64,000 nucleotides of DNA from Takakia lepidozioides (Eukaryota; Plantae; Bryophyta): assembly GCA_030704615.1 (NCBI GenBank), contig CM060733.1, positions 1,240,001 through 1,304,000 of the forward strand, given 5' to 3'. The stretch's first letter is position 1. Every line of letters starts with the position of its first letter. Shown piece after piece: positions 38,331 to 48,419 of the stretch. The position numbers were made by a program, and so were the translations under genes. Below the pieces are notes generated by a model. The model was not told where the DNA came from, made no database searches, and was given only the letters and a program-made list of their open reading frames with translations.

Positions 38331-39199
38331 AATCTAATTCCGGCCGTTAGGCATTTATCTGTAAATCCATTTACTCCATTGTATAGTCCGTGCATATGTC
38401 TATGTCTTGCTAATTGCAAATAAGTCCATAATTTGTCGTTGGGTACAAAGTACCATGAACGAGCTAGTCTATTTCTTTCTTAGGAACACATCCCCCGTGT
38501 TGTGAAAACAGCTATCATCCGCAGGTGGAGTCTCTGCAGCCGTGACTCGAGGAGCAGCACGAGGTGCAGATGTGGAGTTGGATCCATAGCGTGGGGAGGC
38601 AAGCCGTCAGGCTAAGCTTCCTCAGTCATTCACATTGGCGGAGACAGTGTCGACGCCATCCATGGCACCTAGTTCTCGCCCGACTGTTACCGAGGCGGAG
38701 GTTACTATGCCATTGGGGAGAGCTACACGGGTAGTACCACTACCTAGTGTTGCCAAGGCTATGGCAGCTAGTGTGCTGTTGGGAGTGGCCACATCTGTGT
38801 GCCAGGCTCCATTGTTCTCGGCTACCATGATTGCGGGGTAGCAAACAATTTACATCCCCACCCAACTGTGAGGCACTTGAAGGTGAGTTTACAAGCCCAA
38901 ATAGAGAGAGACAGAAGAGAGCATGTATATAACATTTATAATATGTTGAGAGATGATAACACTGCAGGTGGAAAAAATCCTATAGTAAATTATCTGCTCT
39001 AAATCTGTCAGTGTGACATAAGTGTCAATTGCTGAGTCTGAATTAGATAGTAGTGATGAGGAAGGTGACCAGCCCCCATGAGGACAAGGACTCCACTGAA
39101 GAATCCTCACTAGGAGCTTTGTTTCCACCTTGTTTGAACTTTTTCACTGTTCTATCTATGCTAGTCATTTGGGAGTCTCTAAAACTGTCAAGCGATTGC

Positions 39200-39480
39200 A
39201 AGAGAAGTATCTACTATCACTGGAAGGGCATACAGAGGGAAATATCCGATTTCATTGCTAAGTGTGTTATTTATAAGTCAAAAACTTTGCTGCCTGGAAC
39301 CCAAGCTCATCTTCCCTTACAACCAATCATGGTTACTTAATCTTTTGCCAGGTTGGTCTTGATTTAGTTGGACCTTTAAAACCCACGACCAAGGCAATAG
39401 TTACATTGTTGTGGCTATTGAGTACCTGTCAAAATCAGTTGAAATCCGACCATTGGTTGCTAAGGACATCGATGAGGTGG
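39200..39480 (+). mobile_element. Ty3/gypsy integrase N-terminal remnant
   Basis: YYHWKGIQREISDFIAKCVIYK...LPLQPI...LDLVGPL...YIVVAIEYLSKSVEIRPL: zinc-binding region and start of the catalytic core, with stops and frameshifts. Confidence 0.75.
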
Positions 39481-40301
39481 GATGGAGCTCATGGGACGGC
39501 TCCCTGTGAATTGATTGCATTGAGTTCTGAAATGCATGTGTCAGGTTGCAGGCCCACCACAACATGCTGCATGCACTTTTGATAGAGATGTTGACATTCA
39601 CACCTCCGTTACCTGGTGTCCCCTTGCACGCTGTAAAGCCAGATTCTGACATCAAGGGTTATTCCCCTTCCTTGAAAAAAGGATGTCAGCTCAGTAGAGC
39701 ATGCTAGCCAGGAAGAAGGGATGTATCGACGAGGACCTCAAGATATTAAGGAAAGCATTACAGTTCATCCAACTCAGTCGTGTTCATCCATAGTACATGC
39801 ACAAATGATTAACATCAGAGTACACCGGTCACCTTAGGCTTCCAGCTCGCTGCTATATATGATCCCAAATTGTAATCACAATAGCCAGCTTGGCTTCCTC
39901 TGATTGCTTTCCCAAGTTTTATCCAAGTGCCCATACATAGGATGCCACGTTGTTTGATTAGAGATAAGCTAGCTGTTTACGAGAGGACAATTTATTTTAT
40001 TCTTCACAGGAGTGCCAGCACATTGTAATAGCTTCATCCTAATCCATTTATTGCTGGGAAATGTCTAGGTGAGTAGAATCAATGCCATCACATATGTAAA
40101 GCCTCCCGCCACGCAGAGTTGCGAGCTCGGCCAGCGAGCAGATCAAACGTGGGAAAAATCCCATCTAGACAAAGTGAATCCTGAGGAATGTCATGGTGAA
40201 TAAATCAAATCAAATCCAATCCAGACCAATGTCACCAAAAAAGTTATGTATCAACTAGTCTGATTCTAAAGATGATCTACTACGTTTCCTAGGAGTCAAA
40301 A

Positions 40302-41000
40302 CAATATGGCGAGTTTCTACATTAAGGTAGGTCAGGTCGAATTGACGTTGAGAAGGAACCAACTGGTCTTCAATAAGATATGGACCATCAATCCCAACTT
40401 GGCTTTAGACACCTGCTTGCCGGGCTGCAACCTAACACACACAGTTTGGCCATCACGAAACTCTTGGAATAGACAACCCAACATGGTGATTTTCTACATT
40501 ACGGTAGGTCAAGTCGAATTGACGTTGAGAAGGAACCAACTGGTCTTCAATAAGATATGGACCATCAATCCTCAACTTGGCTTTAGACACCTGCTTGCCG
40601 GGCTGCAACCTGACACACACAGTTTGGCCAACACGAAACTCTTGGAATAGACAACCCAACATGGCGATTTTCTACATTAAGGCAGGTCACGTCGAATTGA
40701 CGTTGAGAAGGAACCAACTGGTCTTCAATAAGATATGGACATCAATCCTCAACTTGGCTTTAGACCCCTGCTTGCCGGGATGACACACACAGTTTGGCCA
40801 ACACAAAACTCTAGAAATAGACAACCCAACATGGCGATTTTCTACATTAAGGCAGGTCAGGTCAAATTGATGTTGAACCAACTGGTCTTCAATAAGATAT
40901 GGACCATCAATCCTCAACTTGGCTTTAGACACCTGCTTGCCGGGCTGCAACCTGACACACAAAGTTTGGCCAACACGAAACTCAGCTTGGTATAGACAAC
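40302..41000. repeat. Tandem array of ~4 units (177/178/170 bp) derived from the integrase GPY/F domain
   Basis: The unit anchor ATGG(C/T)GA..TTCTAC recurs at 40306, 40483, 40661 and 40831. The minus strand encodes FRVGQTVCVRLQPGKQVSKAKLRIDGPYLI. Confidence 0.9.
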
Positions 41001-41468
41001 CTTGCGGTCGTAATGCTTGGCTTGAACCACCTGCGCAATCTGAATATTATGTTTAGCAGTTTCTAGCAAACTACACGAGAAAGAAAGACATCCCATACCA
41101 CGGGTTCTTGTACCTAAGCCTGAAGAACTGGAACATATAAAGGTGTATGAGGCTTGCGGCCATAGTGTAGTTCAAATGGAGAGAGACGAGTGCTAGCATG
41201 GACAGAGGTTCTGTACGCAAAGATTAATACTATAGGCAGCGTAATATCCCACTCCTCGGTCAAGGCACCATTTTATTCCAGGAGCTGGCACATAGTCTTG
41301 TTGAAACATTCAGTGAGCCCATTGCATTGGGGGTTGTATGGAGTAGTCAGTCGATGCTTAATACCCATGTTGAAACATACAACCTCCATCAACTGATTGT
41401 AGAATTCGGTACCTTGGTCAGTAAGGATTTCGGCAGGGCGGCCATGGCGTAGGATGATTTCATCAAAT
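41000..41468 (-). mobile_element. Ty3/gypsy integrase catalytic core remnant
   Basis: FDEIILRHGRPAEILTDQGTEFYNQLMEVVCFNMGIKHRLTTPYNPQCNGLTECFNKT...AYRTSVHASTRLSPFELHYGRKP. Confidence 0.85.
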
Positions 41469-41694
41469 TATGGGGTTGCACTACAGACGCGCTGACTCGC
41501 GGCCAGGCCCTGCCGCCCTATACATGAAAGTGCTAAGCTTAGCAGCCCATTTTTGTCCCTTTCTTCCATATGGTTGGCCGGTAAAATGGAAGGCTACTCT
41601 AAGAGTACCGGGCCATTTTTGTCGGTTCCCTCCCTTAAACGGTGGGCCGGGTACATGGATTATTAGTAGATTGAACACACAAGGTGGTATATGC

Positions 41695-42269
41695 CAGTGT
41701 TGGACTGGTATCGTATTTTGAACACACCAGGCTGGTACTGGTATATAGGCCTCCGGCCAATTGTGATACCAGGGGAGGTACTGGTATTGGCAAAAATCTG
41801 AGATTTGGATACCATGGTGGTATCAATAATACTTGATTGGTGTGGTGTTTTACGGGTATCAATAGCAAGAGTTTTTAGAAATCGATACCAGGGTATTATC
41901 AATACTGGTCTGGTATAAAAAAAAAACTCATGATATGTTAAATATTGAAAGGCCCACTTCTCATATAAATGTGTACAAGCATGCTTCTCATTGATTTTAT
42001 TCCTCAAAGTATTCCTCAAGTTCCTCAAAGTATTGATACCTAGGTTTTCCTCACAAAATATGGATATGGTACTGGTATCAGGTACCAAATTTTCAACCAC
42101 CTACCAGACTGGTAGGGTATCGTCCACAGTATTAGGAAGCAGATACTAGGTCAATATGGGTATATGCTAGGTAGTGGCTTGAGGTGATACCAGATTGGTC
42201 TGGTACTTCATACCAGTATACATACCAGTATTGATACCAGTTTCTTATCGGTATACCAGTCCAACAGTG
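41695..42269. mobile_element. hAT-like MITE
   Basis: TIRs CAGTGTTGGACTGGTAT / ATACCAGTCCAACAGTG. Imperfect 8-bp TSD GTATATGC (41687-41694) / GTATGTAC (42270-42277). Many internal GGTAT/ATACC subterminal repeats. Confidence 0.75.
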
Positions 42270-42389
42270 GTATGTACCCATTACCACTTGGCTACAACTT
42301 CCAGATTACTTCATTGTCTAAATTGCAAAATCGTGCCTACTCATGCTCCGGGCCAACCCCGCCTACGCCATATTATGTGCCCCTAAATC

Positions 42390-42477
42390 ATAGAGCCCAC
42401 CCCCCAAAGGGGACAGTAGTCGAAAGGTGAAGTGACTCTTAGTTACGCCGGCTTTGGCCGGAGTCTTCCCTCTCTCG
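42390..42477 (+). mobile_element. 88-bp insertion of only the structured 3' end of family B
   Basis: Matches 30841-30930 and is flanked by an 11-bp direct repeat GCCCCTAAATC. Confidence 0.75.
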
Positions 42478-43214
42478 GCCCCTAAATCGAGATTTTTGTG
42501 ATGAGATATCGCCACGTTTCAAAAATGAATGGCCCATACTTGCACCTTTACCGTCCTGGAAGGATCCCTCTAGGAATCATTCCGCCTCACTAGCTTTGAC
42601 AGAGGTCACTGATTTAGAATTTGCATGAAGGAACACATAAGCTCAAATTCATGTAAGGTGTCTGGAGAATGACAATTCAATGTCTTGTGTGTGAGATCTA
42701 GGTGCGTGGGATAGATTGGCTGCAAAAGTGCTCTAACCACCAAGTTGATTTCCTGTGGGCAGGTCTGGTCGCAAGGGTTCAGGCCTGGGAGCTATTTTTG
42801 GCATTGATGGTCTACGTGCGTTTGTTCAACCAAAGGGGATCTTTCTGCAGAATCTCATGGCATAATTATGTGGTTAAGGTTCATATCTTTGATGAGAGTT
42901 TGATTGGGATTAATCTATTTTAAACCCTTCTATGTGCAGGCACTTCTGTCCCACATATGGTCACAGCGTGTCAGTGGATGTCAACCCAAAATCTTGGGTC
43001 AATCTACTGCCGACTGCTGCCGCTTGCCCATGCGGCCTATACTTGCACCTTAACCTGGAAAGATCCCTCTAGGAATCATTCCGCCTCATCAGCAGTCCCA
43101 TGCCAACAACCTTTTGGAAAGGGTTGTTGGCGCAGTTTGGCGGGACGTTGAAAGACGTGTTAAATCTATGTCGTCTCACGTAAAAACGTAAAAACATAAA
43201 AACCTGATGTCATT

Positions 43215-43422
43215 GGACATGGGGTCGTATTATAGCTTCCACCCAACGGTTCAGAGGGTTTGGCCTTTCACTTGTCAAGGGAGTTTGCCACATTGCACCA
43301 CGTGGCAAGTTGTTTTTGGCTATCGTAGCTCTGATAGCGACATCTGGGGTTTGTGGCCCCACTAATACTCCCCCATTCCAATTACGTTCCATAATGGACA
43401 CCGGTTGACCCTGCTCACGGCC
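43215..43422. repeat. Dispersed ~200-bp repeat (second copy at ~61750-61953)
   Basis: CATGGGGTCGTATTATAGCTTCCACCCAACG...CACCGGTTGACC is colinear and highly similar in both places. Confidence 0.8.
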
Positions 43423-45163
43423 CCGCCGCTCGCCGGGTCAGCCCGGTGGCCATTAGTACCTAATTTTCCCTTTGTTTGTAAGCATACAAAATCACGTCAA
43501 GTTTTCACGCAGAGGAAGGCCCTGAGTGGAGGGCCGAGAATCCAGCTAGGCCCCACACGAGGGGCCTTCCCCTCCTATGCTCCTGCAGAAGCTGCCCACG
43601 CAGATTCCGGCACTGATGGGCTGACTCGTCGCCCACGTCACGTCAGAGATGACGTACAACCGTGACGTCTTCTGTGACGCTGGCAGTCCGTGCAATGTCG
43701 GAACCGTACAAACGTGGCAGTGACGTCGTCCGCTGGATTTGAGCACGTGTGCTCTGGCCCGGCCCGGCTCCACGGCCCGGGTCCTCGGAAAGGGCAGCCG
43801 CGGCAGCGAACGGGTGGCCCTGGGACAGCCCGGGCAGTGTGGCCCACGCAAGCCTGCTTGACCCGGCACGTCCTCTCAGTCAACGGTCAACCCCCGACCG
43901 GGTGCCCGGTCTTGACGACGCATCGCCGGTTTTAGGGCCCCCGCCCGTTCTCGGTGTCCTTCCGTGGAACTTACTGGAAGGTTCTTAAGAACCGGCTCTC
44001 TTTTGTTTTGCTTACTCTTTATTCATATTTGTGTTTTCTAATTTCCACGTTTTCTACAAATATGTGTCTTTTTTCCTATTGCACAGAGTCGAGGTCACGT
44101 GACCAGTGACAACCGATACAACTTCAAGCACATAGTTATATGGTTTAAGTGCCCACATCCAATTCAATAAATTTAGGGCTCAAACGCTCAAACCAGCCAC
44201 CAAATTAGGGATCGAGGAAGGATGAAAGTTCGTCCGTTTTTGTGTGCCTCAACTTTTTGTGGATAGTTTGTCTATCTAATTTCTTACTGTTTTGCTAGTA
44301 TGTTTGGATGATAAAGTAGACCTATCGTACCCACAATCATCCAATTGGATGATTAATTCATCCTGAGGACGTCTTGTGGGGATCAAAATCATGAAACACA
44401 TTTTCAAAGTTTTATTCTTGAGGTAAAATTTCATTCTTATTTTTTTCATTGGTACGCTTATGATGAACAAACAAATGATGAAAAAGTTAAGAATGAAAAA
44501 ATATATATATATATATATTAAGGGGCCACCATTACATGTATGGATTAGAACGCCTAAGTGTCTAGCGACGTTAGATGAGTTAGCGTAAATAAGAGCCTCT
44601 TTGGTCTGCGGGTGCTGTCCCTTTGCGGGGTGGGCTGTATCACTAACATGGGGAAGGTAGAACAGGATGAAGGCACCCATGTCTCTTTGGGCATTGAGGA
44701 GCCAACAAAGCCTTGCACCCCGCAGTCATAACGGACAAGCTCCCCCCCCAACAACCCTCTGCGACCCGTGGTATTGTTGGGCCACGTCATCTGACCCCTG
44801 CCTTGGCAGGCCCCATGGCTTGACCCCTGAGTAGACCGGATCTACCGGCGGCTTCGCATACTGACAGGTGTCAGTGTAATTTATAACTTACCTGGCAGGT
44901 TATAGTCGGATTAGTTAAAAAAACGTAGTTACTGGTAAGTAAGATGGATTAGAGGTGGTTAATGAGAGAGGATGGAGCGATATACTTAGCAGATGCATTC
45001 TTCGCCAGGTCCGTCCGAGCTTGACTGAAGATACTTGCCCAGAAACCAGAAATATGAGAACACTGAGGTGTCAAGGAAGATGGAGGAAGAGCCGACGGTA
45101 GCTTCTGCGCAGGAGTTGTCTGCTGTTGAATATGAAATGAAATGTTCGTTATAAAGTAGGTAC

Positions 45164-47482
45164 ATGTTTGAGGTAGAGGAGAGAAGCGGGAGATTGTTAG
45201 AAAAGCTAGACACTAGGAGGAGGATTGAGGAAGAGAGAGAGAGAGAGAGAGAGGCATTACAACACGCTGAGAATCGGAAAGCGACTGGGTCGAGGAGGAT
45301 AAAACATCGAGCTTGCGACTGCAGACGGAGAGAGAGGGCCCGAGTGCCCGAAACTAACTTCAGAGGAAGAAATCCAGGGCAGTGTGACAGTGCAACAACG
45401 TCTACTGGGATGCGCACAGCCGATACTATGTTTATGGGACTGCATTTGCGGATGCTGGATGACAGGGAGAACCGAATGTGTGACGATTGGGGCGTTGAAC
45501 AACTCTCAGTGGAAAGTGGTGAGCTTGAACACGTCGAGGACCAGATCCTGCGTGATAATCTGAGTTATCCTCTTTCAAACAACAGTTTTCCGACCGTAGC
45601 GCACGCTGCCACCTTTCCACAGCTGGGCAATACCACTAGCATCAACATTCCAGCTCTGGCGGAACCTCTTGCATCCCCTGTATTCACTTACTCAAACTCT
45701 GGGTCAGTCTCGGATTCTCTCCCTTCCTCTTTTACTGACAGAAATAGTGGGGTAGGTGGCAGCGGGGCAGTCTGCAACAAAGGTGGGGAGGAGGAGGTCT
45801 GTGGTAAAGATTCAAGGCTTCAGAGTGACCCGCTATCTACTAGCCATGGAATGCGGCAGCCAAGAGCCTGGATAATTGCAAAAAAGCTGAGGGGAATGTT
45901 TGGCGAGAAATTTGCTGAACGGTTTCGCGAGAAAATTGGGGAAGTAGTGAAGCAGGAGATAAGCGCCGGGAATCGGAGAGCAGTAAAGGTTGAGGACAGT
46001 GGCCTGTTGGAGGGATTTCATCAAGGCGAGATCTTCAACAGTGCATCGTCTGATGAGGGTGAATCAAAGCCTACGATGGCTAATGCATCGAAGCAAGAGA
46101 GCAATGCCAATGGTCGGCAGTGGACTTCTGTGACTGCCTGGCAGGAATTCGCGAACTGGTTAGCGATGGACAATGCAGCAAGCCCTACGGACAATGCACC
46201 GTTGCCGGAAACCAGCTCTCACTCGGGGGAGGAGACGAAGCTCTCCTCCCAGAACTGCCGCAGCAGCCAACCATTGCCAAGCCTTGCTCTTCCTTCCTCG
46301 AGAATGAACACCGAAAGTCTATCATATTACCGCGGTAGACTTTCCAAGAGAGAGGAACAGGCAGGTACTACTTCACATGAATTGGGCCCCCCGTGGGACT
46401 CGAAGCGTTTGTGTGAGACGCCCCCAAGCTTCAAAACGCATATCTTCACAGCAGGTGGCCCTCTCCCTCTCAATGAGAACGACTCTGAGGACATGCTGCT
46501 TTACGGAGTCCTCAAAGAGGCTGCTTGCACGCCAGCACCAACTTACCAGCCCCTTACTCCTCCTCGCACTCTCACGCCCCGTGTCAGGAATGCCTTCCCG
46601 GAAGCGGCTGCTATGGGAACGCCAAAGCGAGAACCACTCAAACCCTGCAACACCGTGGTCAGGCGCACCTCCCAAGCGCAGACGGACAAGAAGATTGCAG
46701 GAGCTGTACCTCTGAGTGGAGGCATAGCACCACCCAAACCACCACAGACTCATTACAGGGGAGTCAGACAGAGGCCCTGGGGGAAGTTTGCAGCTGAGAT
46801 TCGTGACTCTGCTCGCCATGGAGCCCGAGTTTGGCTCGGGACTTTCGACACCGCTGAGCAAGCAGCATTGGCCTATGACAGTGCGGCCCTCAAGATGAGA
46901 GGATGCCGAGCTCTTGTGAATTTCCCTCTGAAGGCTTCACTAGCTTCAGTAACCGCGACAAACAGTGTGAAATCTGGCACAACCATCCATGCAGCATCTT
47001 CACCTCCTGTTGAGAACTTCAGCAAGCAAAGTATGGATGGTAGTACTGCCGAGACAGACGCTCCAGCCGTGGCGCGATCCAACACACAATCGCGTGGCAC
47101 CCAGTTAAAGGCACAGGCTGTGGAGGAGGTCACAATCTCCAGGGATGAGCCAGCTTCCAAACCTGAGGGGGCCAAGAAGAGGTCCTTGGAGACCAGCGAG
47201 AAAATCTCTGAAGAGTCTTCCTCCAAGCAAGCGCGCACCGACTCCCTTAGCGAGCAGTCAACAATAATTTTGGCCGGACAGTCCAAATTACTCCAAGCAG
47301 AGGAGGACATTCCTCCCGCAGTGTGCTGGAAGCCACAGCCTATGGTTGTGGAAGTGCCCGACTTGGCTGACTACATGGAAGAGCTGCTTGCAGATGCAGG
47401 GACCCAGATGGACTCACTTCCAGCGTCTCCGTTTTCAGGATTCCATGAGGCCAATCTGGCACTCTTCCCCGAATTTTTGTAG
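45164..47482 (+). CDS. AP2/ERF transcription factor, group IX (ERF1-like), intronless
   Basis: Single AP2 domain [59 protein letters not shown], an upstream [17 protein letters not shown] motif and a C-terminal EDLL-like [15 protein letters not shown]. The true start may be a later Met (~45410), because the (GA)n at ~45232 looks like 5' UTR. Confidence 0.92.
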   Translation: MFEVEERSGRLLEKLDTRRRIEEEREREREALQHAENRKATGSRRIKHRACDCRRRERARVPETNFRGRNPGQCDSATTSTGMRTADTMFMGLHLRMLDDRENRMCDDWGVEQLSVESGELEHVEDQILRDNLSYPLSNNSFPTVAHAATFPQLGNTTSINIPALAEPLASPVFTYSNSGSVSDSLPSSFTDRNSGVGGSGAVCNKGGEEEVCGKDSRLQSDPLSTSHGMRQPRAWIIAKKLRGMFGEKFAERFREKIGEVVKQEISAGNRRAVKVEDSGLLEGFHQGEIFNSASSDEGESKPTMANASKQESNANGRQWTSVTAWQEFANWLAMDNAASPTDNAPLPETSSHSGEETKLSSQNCRSSQPLPSLALPSSRMNTESLSYYRGRLSKREEQAGTTSHELGPPWDSKRLCETPPSFKTHIFTAGGPLPLNENDSEDMLLYGVLKEAACTPAPTYQPLTPPRTLTPRVRNAFPEAAAMGTPKREPLKPCNTVVRRTSQAQTDKKIAGAVPLSGGIAPPKPPQTHYRGVRQRPWGKFAAEIRDSARHGARVWLGTFDTAEQAALAYDSAALKMRGCRALVNFPLKASLASVTATNSVKSGTTIHAASSPPVENFSKQSMDGSTAETDAPAVARSNTQSRGTQLKAQAVEEVTISRDEPASKPEGAKKRSLETSEKISEESSSKQARTDSLSEQSTIILAGQSKLLQAEEDIPPAVCWKPQPMVVEVPDLADYMEELLADAGTQMDSLPASPFSGFHEANLALFPEFL

Positions 47483-48419
47483 GCTGTACATTATCAGCGG
47501 GAATTTGCATTAATCTTTGCATGGAGCCGTAGATTTTTGAAACTCCGAAACTTGCTTAGTTTCTTGTTCATCTAGAGAAGCTCTTGACAACAGGAGTTCC
47601 TCGCCATTGTTGGACCATGCAGCGAGTGTAACATGTCTAGGTGAAAAATAAGCCTTGAGCCTTAGCATTCTTCACAGGGATTGTAGAAGCGTCAACACAT
47701 ACAGTGGTAGTGTATCAGACGCTCGTACTCACATTTCCTATGTACTGATCCCATCCTAATCAATAAACGGAGCAGCTCAATGTCAAGAAACGTTATGGTG
47801 TACATGTCGTCTGAGTTCAGCAGCTGTGTATTACATCCACAAGACTGCAGCTGAGTGAGATGTTGCTACCTTCATGGATTCAGCGACAGGTATCCTGACT
47901 AACATCAATAAGACTGTGACCATTTCCCATATTAACACAAGGAGCTTTTAGGACTTCCCCTCTATTGGGAAGAGGGTATGTTCCAATTTTTCCCTCCTTA
48001 GAGGCCCCTGACAAATGGAAAATAACAAAACCCTTAAAAAAACCCCTTTGGCACAGTTTATCAGAGGGAAACTTGGAGGGAAAGTGCAACATTCCAACCA
48101 TTAATCCCTTGCTATGAAAAGCTGGAGGGAAAGTTGAAGGGGGAAACTGTAAGAGGAAAAGATGAGTAGGGGGAAAATGTCCCAATCCCCTCTGTTGTGC
48201 TTATCAGGGATTTGTTTTCTTTGGTTAACATGGGGATTGCAGCCCTGGTTAACTTTATTATAAGACGTCCAGGGAAGTTTCCCCATGTGTTTCCATGGGC
48301 CCCTGGAGGTTATTTTTTCCTCCCTGTTCTAAAAATTCCCATTAATAAATTTCAGGGGCCCATATCCCCTGTTCTGCAAAAAACAATATATAGGGGTTTT
48401 CAAGTTGTGAAATGAAAAT

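Noticed and set aside
41479-41490. CACTACAG as the left end of a CACTA transposon
   Set aside because: No matching right TIR with a 3-bp TSD could be identified.
43210-43401. Shared ORF (PDVAIRATIAK...RWVEAIIRPH) with 61668-61979 as a conserved small gene
   Set aside because: The differences I checked between the two copies are mostly non-synonymous and the starts and ends differ. A dispersed non-coding repeat explains it.
46450-47395. Co-occurrence of DMLL and EDLL-like motifs as a novel ERF architecture
   Set aside because: This pairing is normal for ERF1-type group IX proteins.
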